A DNA stretch of 64,000 nucleotides from Candidatus Marinacidobacterales bacterium (lineage in GTDB: Bacteria > Acidobacteriota > Vicinamibacteria > Marinacidobacterales > DATDRI01): positions 1,923,516 to 1,987,515 of the forward strand of contig OZ245365.1 of NCBI GenBank assembly GCA_965226495.1, read 5' to 3'. Positions 19,614 to 28,074 of this stretch are shown in pieces. The notes under the pieces were generated by a model. The model had not been told where the DNA came from and did no database searches. It saw nothing but the letters and a program-made list of their open reading frames with translations. How positions within the stretch are numbered: the first letter of the stretch is position 1; every line of letters begins with the position of its first letter. The position numbers and the translations under genes are program-made.

Positions 19614-19645
19614 AATATGCATCCTATACCTAGGTATAGAGTCAA
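19614..19645 (-). promoter_or_regulatory. MerR-type promoter/operator: -35 TTGACT, 20-bp spacer containing perfect 16-bp palindrome CTATACCTAGGTATAG, -10 CATATT
   Basis: Read directly on the minus strand upstream of the MerR gene. A 19-20 bp spacer with a dyad operator is the hallmark of MerR-family promoters. Confidence 0.7.
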
Positions 19646-19670
19646 GGACAAATTGAAGTTTTTTGGTGAT

Positions 19671-19751
19671 GTGCACTTGATCGCCGACGAGCTATGGACG
19701 CCCCCCCTCAAGGTGCAGCTTCAGCGCGGCAGGAGCCGGGACTTTCGCTAA
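19671..19751 (+). repeat. Orphan copy of the dnaE2 3' end (encodes [26 protein letters not shown]-stop)
   Basis: About 75% identical at nucleotide level to 17984-18065. Same reading frame, ends with a stop. Confidence 0.85.
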
Positions 19752-19770
19752 ACGATGCCGAGAGAGTGCG

Positions 19771-22039
19771 CTACTGAATGTAGCCCAGCGCGCGCAGCTG
19801 CTCCATCGTCTTAGCGTCGAGCTCGGGAGTGGTAGTTTCTGCTTCCACTTTGGGGCGGGACAGATATTTCTGGGCAATGTCCTTCAGTCGCTCGAACTCG
19901 GACAGTCGATTCGGCGATTGCTCTTGGCTCCACTCGCGGCGTCGGCGGTAGACTTGGGAACCATCGTCTCTGTCCGAGCCCAGGTCGAGAAAGGAATAGG
20001 TTCCATCCTCTCGAGTGTAGAGCTTTTTGTCGCCGCGCCACGCGGCGGTCGTGCGTTCGAGTTGATACGCGTCGCTCGAATGGCTGAAAGCCACGTCGGG
20101 GCCGCGGCGGGCGCCGGTCACCAAACCGAGCAAAGAGCGGCCGTCCATCGTGGGGGCCTGGATGTGGTTCAGTTCAAGAAGGGTCGGCAAGACGTCGACG
20201 AGTTGGACGTTTGTGGTGACGCGTCTCCCTTCGGGAAAGTGTGTCCGCCCAAAAAAGATGAGAGGGACTCGTGTCTCCGATTGCTCCAGCGTCGCACCGT
20301 GAGGCACCGTGAGGCCCTGCCGGAAGTTCTCGCCGTGATCGGAAGTGAATGCGATGAGCGCACGGTCCAGTACACCGCTGGCGCTTAGCTCGTTCATCAG
20401 AGCACCGAAGGCCTCGTCCACGTACCGGATCTCTCCGTCGTAGGCAGCAATCTCTTCGGTCGTTTGTTCGTCGTCGAACGCCGTCGCCCAGCCGTCGGGG
20501 TCTCCATAAGGAAAGGTGCGGGTCGATGAGGTGGGCGTAGAGTAGCAATGGTTCATCACGGTGGCGCTCGATAGCCGATTTCAAGCCGGCCTGCACGGCT
20601 CGGGCATCGCTCTGTGAAGAGCTGTCCAGGCTCCGATCTACGACTCGATCGAAACCGCTATGCAGGTTCGAGCTCCAACCGGCGTGCGCATTCGCGATGA
20701 CACTCACCGTGACGAAGCCCGCGTCCCGGAAGAGCCGTCCCAGGCTCGGGATGCTCGTCGACAGCGCCTGGCCGTGCTCCCCGGCACGGTGAGCATCGGG
20801 TGCCAGGCCCGTGAACAAAGAAGTGACGGACGGTTTGGTCCAAGTGGCCTGAGAGTAGCAGTTCTCGAAGAGGGTAGCGCTTCGTGCGAATGCCTCGAGG
20901 TTGGGGCTGGTTGGTCTGGAATACCCATATGCTGAAAGATGATCGGCCCTCAGTGTGTCCACGAGGTAGACGATGACGAGAGGAGCTTCCGGTGAGTGTT
21001 CGGCCACCAGAGGTGAGCCAAGGTAGTAGACCCCATCGGCTTCGTCGGTCCTCATGGTGAAGCGGAGATCGACGGAGCGGCCTCCAAAACGAGTCAGCTC
21101 GACGGTGTGATCCGCCCATGCTTCGGTGTCGATGGCCCCTCGCAACAAGGACTCCCATGTGCCGTTGGCCCGGATGTCCACATCGAGGTTCGCCGGGGCG
21201 CCCCCCGCGCGGCGGGAGGTCGAGAAATGAAGTCGGCTCCGCGCCGCGAGCTCCAAGCCAAACACGAGCTCCGTGTCTCCACCGCCAAAAACGAAGCTCG
21301 GCTGAAGTGTGTCTCCGACGACCGCATCCTCGCGTACGGGCCCAACCCGACTGTAATCGGGCTCGTACAGAAGCTCGATCTCGTGAAGCTCAAAGCCACC
21401 GGAGACGTCCATCGGTGCGAACACGAGGTGGGCAGCCGTCCGTTCGCCGCCAGATACGTTCAAAGTTCTGACGTCGATGAGGTAAACATGCGCCTTTCCG
21501 TCCGTGAAAAGGCCGATTTTACGTTGAGGTTCCGTAGAATAGATGGAAAGAAGTTCCTCCGCCCTTTCGGCCGATCCCACGACGTTTAGCAGCAGATTCG
21601 CCGGCTCTTGTTTTGCCGGCGAGGCCGCGAGTTTCACCCTGATGTGGGCCACCGAGCTCAAGTCATAGCTTTTCTGGTTCCATAACTTGGAGCCGCCGTG
21701 GAGAGTTCCGGTGATTGGGGTGCTACTCGTGAGGACGACCCGTGCCGACGTTCGGAGCTCGCTGCTTGCAAGGTAGGACTCGCTCCGCGTTGCGAGCTTG
21801 CGCTCGGGCAGTTTCGAATCGGCGAGATCGGTGAGGCGCGTTACCCTCGGTTTGGGGAGCTCGGGGGAACCGCAGGCGGAAAGCGACACGATCAGCAGGA
21901 TGACTACCCATCGGATCACGCGCCGGATTATACCGCAGTTCAAATTTGGTATAGCATAGGCTGCCGCAGGACCCATGTGTGCCTGTGACCCGAATTTACA
22001 GTCCATCCAGAACGAAACTGATGGTGGATTAGCCCACAT
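19771..22039 (-). pseudogene. Sulfatase-like (alkaline phosphatase superfamily) secreted hydrolase, frameshifted near 20550
   Basis: N-terminal half (20174..22039) has signal peptide, DTLRADHL and TWTKPSVTSLFTG motifs. C-terminal half (19771..20559) has the SDHGE motif, in a different frame. Confidence 0.65.
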
Positions 22040-22123
22040 GGGAGTGGAGTTCGGCGAGCCGGGAGCGCTGCCTTAACGGCGCGAATCCTGAAACAAGCAT
22101 CGAGACAAAAGGAGGAAAGGACA

Positions 22124-22450
22124 GTGGCAAACTACCTACTCATCCAGTCTCGTGACCCGTTCGAGTACAACGAGGTGACTCGTGACTTTGAACTGGCCGC
22201 GAGTCTGGCCAAAGATGGCAACACGGTCACTTTATTCTTGGTTCAAAACGGGGTCCTGCCCGCCCGCAAAAACGCGAAGGGGAGCGGCCTCGAGGATGTG
22301 GTGACGAGTGGCGTCGAAGTTTTGAGCGATGAGTTCTCGCTTCGCGAGCGAGGCATTCATCACGACGATCTGGCTGCCGGAGTCAAGGCTGCCTCGTTGG
22401 ATAGCGTCGTTGACCAACTGGCAGAAGGCCGCAAGGCCATCTGGTTCTGA
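22124..22450 (+). CDS. DsrE/DsrF (TusD-like) sulfur-relay family protein
   Basis: Roughly 110 aa DsrE-like fold pattern with strong RBS (AAAGGAGG). Confidence 0.55.
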   Translation: MANYLLIQSRDPFEYNEVTRDFELAASLAKDGNTVTLFLVQNGVLPARKNAKGSGLEDVVTSGVEVLSDEFSLRERGIHHDDLAAGVKAASLDSVVDQLAEGRKAIWF

Positions 22451-22461
22451 GGAGATAAAAC

Positions 22462-22875
22462 ATGGCTGACAGGAAAACCTTGACCTTCTCGATCATGGAT
22501 GGCCCCTTTGAACAGGCGCGTACGGTAACGGTTTTTCGCCTCCTCGATATCGCTGCTCGCCGTGGCTACAACGTGCACGTCTTTGCCTACGAGGGAGCGG
22601 TGAGCCTCCCGTTTGCCAAGCAGTCAAAGCATGCGAACACAGTGCACGGTTGCGATGTCGAAGAAGAGGACCATCCTCTTTCCAAGGACTGGATCGCCGC
22701 TCTCATGAAGACCGCCCAGGAGAACGGCGGCAAGATCGACTGGATCAACTGCGGCCTCTGTGTCGACGAGCGCGGAGTCAACGAGGCCATCGAAGGCGTT
22801 CGGCGAGGCACTCCCGGTGATTTGTGGAGCTCTGCCAATGCATCCGACAACACTCTCGTCATCGGTACCCGCTAA
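22462..22875 (+). CDS. DsrE-family protein with conserved Cys
   Basis: 137 aa, DsrE-like N-terminus (TLTFSIMDGPFEQ..) and Cys-containing loop. Confidence 0.55.
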   Translation: MADRKTLTFSIMDGPFEQARTVTVFRLLDIAARRGYNVHVFAYEGAVSLPFAKQSKHANTVHGCDVEEEDHPLSKDWIAALMKTAQENGGKIDWINCGLCVDERGVNEAIEGVRRGTPGDLWSSANASDNTLVIGTR

Positions 22876-22889
22876 AAAGGAGCAAATCC

Positions 22890-23270
22890 ATGAAAGCACT
22901 GCAAGTGATTGAATCGGCCTATCGCTGTACCGTTGAAGAGCAGGACGACCCGATCGTTTGGATCACCCATGCCATGAAGGGTGCGGGCGCCGACCTAGGC
23001 GTGCTCCTTCGCGGCAACGCCGTCAACTACGCGGTCGCGGGGCAAGATGCCTCGGGGCTCGTTTTTGGCGGGCTCGCGCAGCAACATCCGCCACAGATCG
23101 ACCGAGACGTTAAATCGTTGACCGAGAAAGGAATCTCTGTTTACGTGGTGAAAGAAGACGCCGCTGAGCGAGGCATCGGAGAAGCGGACTTCATCGCTGG
23201 TGTGGAACACGTGTCGCGTACGAAATTAGCCAAGCTCTTTGGAGACTACGACCAAGTTTGGCACTGGTAG
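22890..23270 (+). CDS. DsrE/DsrF/TusC-like small protein
   Basis: Third small paralogue-like ORF in the same orientation. Assignment is weaker. Confidence 0.45.
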   Translation: MKALQVIESAYRCTVEEQDDPIVWITHAMKGAGADLGVLLRGNAVNYAVAGQDASGLVFGGLAQQHPPQIDRDVKSLTEKGISVYVVKEDAAERGIGEADFIAGVEHVSRTKLAKLFGDYDQVWHW

Positions 23271-23340
23271 AAGTTAGCGCCGGCCGATTTCGGCTCACCC
23301 TGACTCTAACCCGCATACTTCGCTACCGACGTGAGTGTGG

Positions 23341-25587
23341 CTAGAAATCGAAGAGAAAGGTGAATTTAGCGATCAACGCGCGGTCCAAGCGCGCGCCGGT
23401 GATGGCGTCGCGGCGCTCGTTGTAGACGAGGAAGAAATTGGACAGCGGCCGGTGAATCCAATTGAAACGAAGGTTGCTGCTCCATTCCTCGAGGACGGTG
23501 TTGTATTGAATGAGGCCATTGAGAAACATGCTGTTGCTAAAGGAGTAGTTGAACTGGCTGGTCACCAAATGGGTAATGAAGCTTCCCTCCACCAAATCCA
23601 CGTCATTCGTCGAAAAGATAACTTGGGCGTTGAGGCTGGCGCCCAACCTTACCGTTCCGCCGACCGTCCAATCCCGCTTAGTTCCGGAGAAGAAGTCGCC
23701 GTAGCCGGCCCGGAAGTTGCCCGAGAGCGTCCGGCTAGGGTCGGTGTAGTAGAAGGCGAAGTACTCCGTGAAGTTATAGAGACCGGCGCTGACTACTGTC
23801 GTGGGGTGGATCTCGAAGGGCTCGAGCGTGAGATCCAGGGTCTCGTTTCGGCCGACTTGGATGATGCCGCCTTTTTGGAGGTAGAACGGAATGTGGATGT
23901 TGAAATAGCGGTTAACCAGCTGCCCCTGTTGATCGGTGAAATAGTCGAACTCAGTATGGGCATTGATCTCCCGCATCCATCCTCGCCAGAACGGCTGCCG
24001 AATATGGAATCCGAGGTACGTGCTGGAGCGCCTGACGCCGACCCGTGGGGCGAAACCAACCTCAGGATTGAAATTGTCCTGCAGGCTCGACAGGGACGTG
24101 CGCAAATTGACGAAACTCCCGTCGAAATTGAACGCGAGCCGCCCAGCTAGGTCGTTCCCCTCGAGTCCTGGTGTCTCCGTCTTCGCGATGTACCCGAGGA
24201 TCTCTACCTTGGAGCCCAACCGGAAATCGGCGTCGACGCCGAAGCTTCGATTGTACTGCGGTGAATCCATGGTCGCCCGGTTGATGAACATGGCGCCCAC
24301 ATTGGAGGTCGCGAAGACGTCGCGCTTGACGCGGACCACGGTGAAGTTCTCCTCGTTAACAAAGGGCTCGAGGGCATCGGTTTGAATAGTGAGGAAACCG
24401 AGCTGGTAAGGCCCCGCCCGCCCGGTCAAGCGCGCTCCTGCGATAATGGGAATGGGCGTTCCAATCTCCGAAAGCCCAATGCGACGGCTGAAAAACAAGA
24501 GGAGGTCGTCACCTCGTGCCTGGGCGCCGCGGATGTTGGAGCCGACCAGGAGAGCGCCGAACTGGGCGCGGGCCAACTGAACCCTCTGTTTCTCTGGCGA
24601 CCCGAAGCGGAAGACCCCGGAGTTCTCGAGGAAGAACTCCCTCTTCTCGGGAAGAAAGAGGCTGAAACGTGTCAGGTTGACTTGCTGCACGTCGGCCTCG
24701 ACCTGTGAGAAGTCGGTATTCACAGTCAAATCCAGCGTGAGACCGGTCCCGATTCCCAGCTTGGAATCGAGTCCGCCGTCGATGTCTGTTTGCCGGCCCG
24801 TTATCCGCCTATCGGTCAGATCCCCTTTTGCGTACGGCGTCACCTTGATGTTTCGCCCGGGTTTGGTGCCGTGAAGATTGTCCAGCGTGCCGGCCAGCGA
24901 AACGCGGGGGAGCCGGTGAATCCGCGGCAGGGGTGACCAGTAGCTCTCCTCGTTCAAGCGCCGGACTCTTCGCACGAAGTTGATCCCCCAGGTTTGAACC
25001 TGCTGGTCACGGAAATTCAAGGACTTGAACGGTATGGCTATCTCGGTGCTCCAGCCTCGTGCGCCCACGGTACTGGCCACATGCCAAACGGCATCCCAGT
25101 TCACGTTGTACTCGGCGCCCTCGTTGAAAAATTGCGCGTCGTACTTCGCCCCTCCCGGATTAGTTTGGAAGATGTATCCGTTCCGATGGTCGAGGAACGT
25201 ATCGAGGACCACGCCGAAAGCATCACCGGAGCTGATGTTGAAATCGCGTGTGATGTCATTGAGTGTGATGCTGCCCGGATCGTCATCGAGGGCCATCACT
25301 CCCAAATAGAGAGTATCGTCGTCGTAAACGACTTTGACCAGGGTATCGAAGGTCGCGGGTTGGCCTTCGTGAGGCTCGTTTTGAATGAATCCCGAGGCTG
25401 CGGGTGCCTCTTCCCAAACTGCCTCGTCGAGCGAACCGTCGATGACGATGGAGCTGCCTGTACGAGTTGCCGATAGTCTTCGCTCCGTCCTCTCAGCTTT
25501 CCGGCTCGTGTTCTGCTGAGCGGTGAGGATCCCTGCGAAGCTGAAAGTTATCAGGGAGTAACCTAGGAGGCATCGGGCCCTCATCAA
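23341..25587 (-). CDS. DUF5916 / CBM9-like domain outer-membrane protein
   Basis: Signal peptide, N-terminal carbohydrate-binding-like region (DGSLDEAVWEEA), long beta-rich C-terminus ending in an aromatic residue. Confidence 0.6.
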   Translation of the reverse strand: MMRARCLLGYSLITFSFAGILTAQQNTSRKAERTERRLSATRTGSSIVIDGSLDEAVWEEAPAASGFIQNEPHEGQPATFDTLVKVVYDDDTLYLGVMALDDDPGSITLNDITRDFNISSGDAFGVVLDTFLDHRNGYIFQTNPGGAKYDAQFFNEGAEYNVNWDAVWHVASTVGARGWSTEIAIPFKSLNFRDQQVQTWGINFVRRVRRLNEESYWSPLPRIHRLPRVSLAGTLDNLHGTKPGRNIKVTPYAKGDLTDRRITGRQTDIDGGLDSKLGIGTGLTLDLTVNTDFSQVEADVQQVNLTRFSLFLPEKREFFLENSGVFRFGSPEKQRVQLARAQFGALLVGSNIRGAQARGDDLLLFFSRRIGLSEIGTPIPIIAGARLTGRAGPYQLGFLTIQTDALEPFVNEENFTVVRVKRDVFATSNVGAMFINRATMDSPQYNRSFGVDADFRLGSKVEILGYIAKTETPGLEGNDLAGRLAFNFDGSFVNLRTSLSSLQDNFNPEVGFAPRVGVRRSSTYLGFHIRQPFWRGWMREINAHTEFDYFTDQQGQLVNRYFNIHIPFYLQKGGIIQVGRNETLDLTLEPFEIHPTTVVSAGLYNFTEYFAFYYTDPSRTLSGNFRAGYGDFFSGTKRDWTVGGTVRLGASLNAQVIFSTNDVDLVEGSFITHLVTSQFNYSFSNSMFLNGLIQYNTVLEEWSSNLRFNWIHRPLSNFFLVYNERRDAITGARLDRALIAKFTFLFDF

Positions 25588-25794
25588 AGTGTCTTATCGC
25601 ATACTGTATGCCGCCCGTCAATGAGTTTGCGGCCCCGGTCGCACGGTGGCACCGCCGACCGAATCTGGCGCCCTTCTTGCGTAACTCCACTGAAACGCGA
25701 GAACTCCGTCCTTTTTCGAAAGTCCAACAGAAGCGAGTAGTGGGTTTTGTCGGCCATCCCTGTGGGGTTTCGGCCACGTACAGGAGCGCGAAAA

Positions 25795-26559
25795 ATGAAC
25801 GAAAACGAAGTCCAACCCTCGGAAGACCTCCGATTCGACAAAGTAGACGGGAACGCCGACCAACTCGCGTGCGAGTTTTGTGAGAGCCAGATCCACGATG
25901 CTTACTTCGACGTGAACGGTCAGACGGCCTGTCAAAAATGCCGCTATACAGTCGAGGAGCAACGGAACAACCGTTCGTCTGCGGGCCGATTCCTTCGCGC
26001 TTTCTTCGCAGGAAGCGTGGCGGCAGTCGTAGGCGCCGGCATCTACTATGCGGTCTTGGCGCTTACAGGATATGAGTTCGGGCTCCTGGCGATCTTGGTG
26101 GGTTTCATGGTCGGCGTGGCCGTCAACTGGGGCTCTTACGCTCGCGGTGGTTGGGTGTATCAAGCACTCGCAGTGAGCCTTACGTACGCGGCGATAGTGA
26201 GTACGTACGTTCCGTTCGTTTTCGAGGCATGGGAAGAAGAGGAGCCCGCGTTCGACGCGCAATCTGTCGATTCCATCGGCGCCGAGGGCGCCCAGGAGGA
26301 AGAAGTGATTTCCTTCAACACGCCCGCGGGAGCGCTCGAAGCCGAGGAAGGACCGCTGACGCCGGGTGATTTCTTCGTCGGGCTGGTTGCTTTCGTCTTT
26401 CTCGTGGCGGCGATACCTTTTCTTGCCGGTGTCGAGAACATCATCGGCCTTCTCATCATCGGATTCGGACTCTACGAGGCATGGAGGCTCAACCGCTATC
26501 GGGCTTTGATGATCGAGGGGCCGTTTAGGGTCGGGCAAGATCGAGCCAGCAGCCCCTAG
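25795..26559 (+). CDS. Zinc-ribbon (CxxC..CxxC) membrane protein, function unknown
   Basis: CEFCES..CQKC followed by four predicted TM segments. Confidence 0.4.
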   Translation: MNENEVQPSEDLRFDKVDGNADQLACEFCESQIHDAYFDVNGQTACQKCRYTVEEQRNNRSSAGRFLRAFFAGSVAAVVGAGIYYAVLALTGYEFGLLAILVGFMVGVAVNWGSYARGGWVYQALAVSLTYAAIVSTYVPFVFEAWEEEEPAFDAQSVDSIGAEGAQEEEVISFNTPAGALEAEEGPLTPGDFFVGLVAFVFLVAAIPFLAGVENIIGLLIIGFGLYEAWRLNRYRALMIEGPFRVGQDRASSP

Positions 26560-26592
26560 CCTTCTGCGTTCAGCGACGGGGCGCTCAGCTGT

Positions 26593-27186
26593 TTACTTGG
26601 CAAGCGCGGTCTTGCGAAAGGCGAAGTACAGAGACTCCTCGCACATGTCAGCAACGTCTTTTTGAGACGCGAACGGCCACTCTAGCACCGCTCGACGTGC
26701 CAACTGCTCGGAAATATCCCGCTCGCGGATCTTGTCCGCGAGCATCTGAGATACATCGCCGCTGTCGCGAAGAGTTAATCCGCGTAATAGTCGAGTGCGC
26801 ACGATGAGGACATCTTCGAGGTTCGCGCGCAAGTCCTGCCTCAAGGCGGAAGCCGCCCCGGCGGAGACCGCACCGTCGGGGAGCAACCGCTCGATGCGAT
26901 CTGCAAGCTCGGGCGCCACTCCCAAGATATAGAGCTCTTCCAACCTGTCGCCTTGTTCTCTCGTTACGACGGTTTGTCCTCGCTCGACGACCTCGATCAA
27001 GGAGTCGACCGAGAATGTCAACTGGTCGTAACGGGCTTGCGCCTTGGGTTGCATGAAGAGCACGTAATACAACACCAAGAATACGGCCAATCCGAATGTG
27101 CCGGTGAGCTGCATTGCCACCGACCAAGCTTCCGGCAATCCAAGAGTTCCGAGCCGGGGCTTGGTTGATTCGTCGTTGTTGTTCAT
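26593..27186 (-). CDS. Membrane-anchored hypothetical protein
   Basis: Single N-terminal TM segment, no recognisable motifs. Confidence 0.35.
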   Translation of the reverse strand: MNNNDESTKPRLGTLGLPEAWSVAMQLTGTFGLAVFLVLYYVLFMQPKAQARYDQLTFSVDSLIEVVERGQTVVTREQGDRLEELYILGVAPELADRIERLLPDGAVSAGAASALRQDLRANLEDVLIVRTRLLRGLTLRDSGDVSQMLADKIRERDISEQLARRAVLEWPFASQKDVADMCEESLYFAFRKTALAK

Positions 27187-27374
27187 TGCACACCTCCGCA
27201 GGAACCCCTGACCGATCCCAGTGTAGCGCTCGGAGAGTCCTCGTGTCGGTGACCGGTGTCCTAATCCTCGGAGTTTAGAAATGAAATGGAGGGGATTGCA
27301 GATTGCAACATGCGGGCTAGATCACTTCGCTCGGAACGAGAAGGGAGGAGAATCGGGGTGTCGGAGGAGACTTT

Positions 27375-28058
27375 ATGGCGCGGAAGTATCGGGTCAGAAA
27401 CCGAGACACCCTTAGGAAGATAGCAGAGCGTTTCTACAGGGAGGCGGAGTGCTTCGAGAAGCTAGCGCTTTACAACGGCATCCTCGACCCGGACCGGATC
27501 GGGATTGGGCAATGGATCGAGATTCCGTCAAAGCGGGAGCTTTTGGGAGCGAGCCTGCCGCGCGGCGGCCGCCTGGTGCGTCCCCATGGCCTGGAAGAAA
27601 TATTATCCACCTTCGGCGACATCTATGACTTTATCCTAGACGATGGGACGCTGGACCCCAGATGGGAATCGGAGTACCTGGCGAGGACCCAACTGCCGTT
27701 CCCGATCCCACTGTCGTGGGAGCCGTCGACAGTCGTCCGCTCGCTCTATTGCCACTCGCGCCTAGCGGAACTGTTTGCTGAGGTCTTTTCCGTGCTCGAT
27801 ATCGAGGGGCTGAGGGGAGCCATTCGAACGTACGGAGGGTGCTTCAATTTCCGAAGCAAGCGGACGCACAGCAAGCTATCCTCTCACTCCTGGGGCATCT
27901 CGATCGACCTAAACCCGGAGACGAACTGGCCGGGAGAAAAAGGAGATATGGACGAGGCAGTCGTCAACGTGTTTCGAAGCTTCGGTTTCGAATGGGGTGG
28001 CGACTGGTCCTATCGATCGAAAGACCCCATGCATTTTCAATTTTGTACGGGTTACTGA
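27375..28058 (+). CDS. LysM-domain peptidase M15 (D-Ala-D-Ala carboxypeptidase / L-Ala-D-Glu peptidase-like)
   Basis: N-terminal LysM (YRVRNRDTLRKIAERFY), C-terminal HSWGISIDLN and FGFEWGGDW..DPMHFQ motifs. Confidence 0.75.
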   Translation: MARKYRVRNRDTLRKIAERFYREAECFEKLALYNGILDPDRIGIGQWIEIPSKRELLGASLPRGGRLVRPHGLEEILSTFGDIYDFILDDGTLDPRWESEYLARTQLPFPIPLSWEPSTVVRSLYCHSRLAELFAEVFSVLDIEGLRGAIRTYGGCFNFRSKRTHSKLSSHSWGISIDLNPETNWPGEKGDMDEAVVNVFRSFGFEWGGDWSYRSKDPMHFQFCTGY

Positions 28059-28074
28059 GACGGGAGGGGTGTTG

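Noticed and set aside
20297-20316. 10-bp tandem CACCGTGAGG x2 inside the sulfatase-like gene, as a cause of its frameshift
   Set aside because: The sulfatase reading frame is continuous and protein-like on both sides of this repeat (..FRQGLTVPHGATLEQ..). The actual frame break is ~250 bp away, near 20550.
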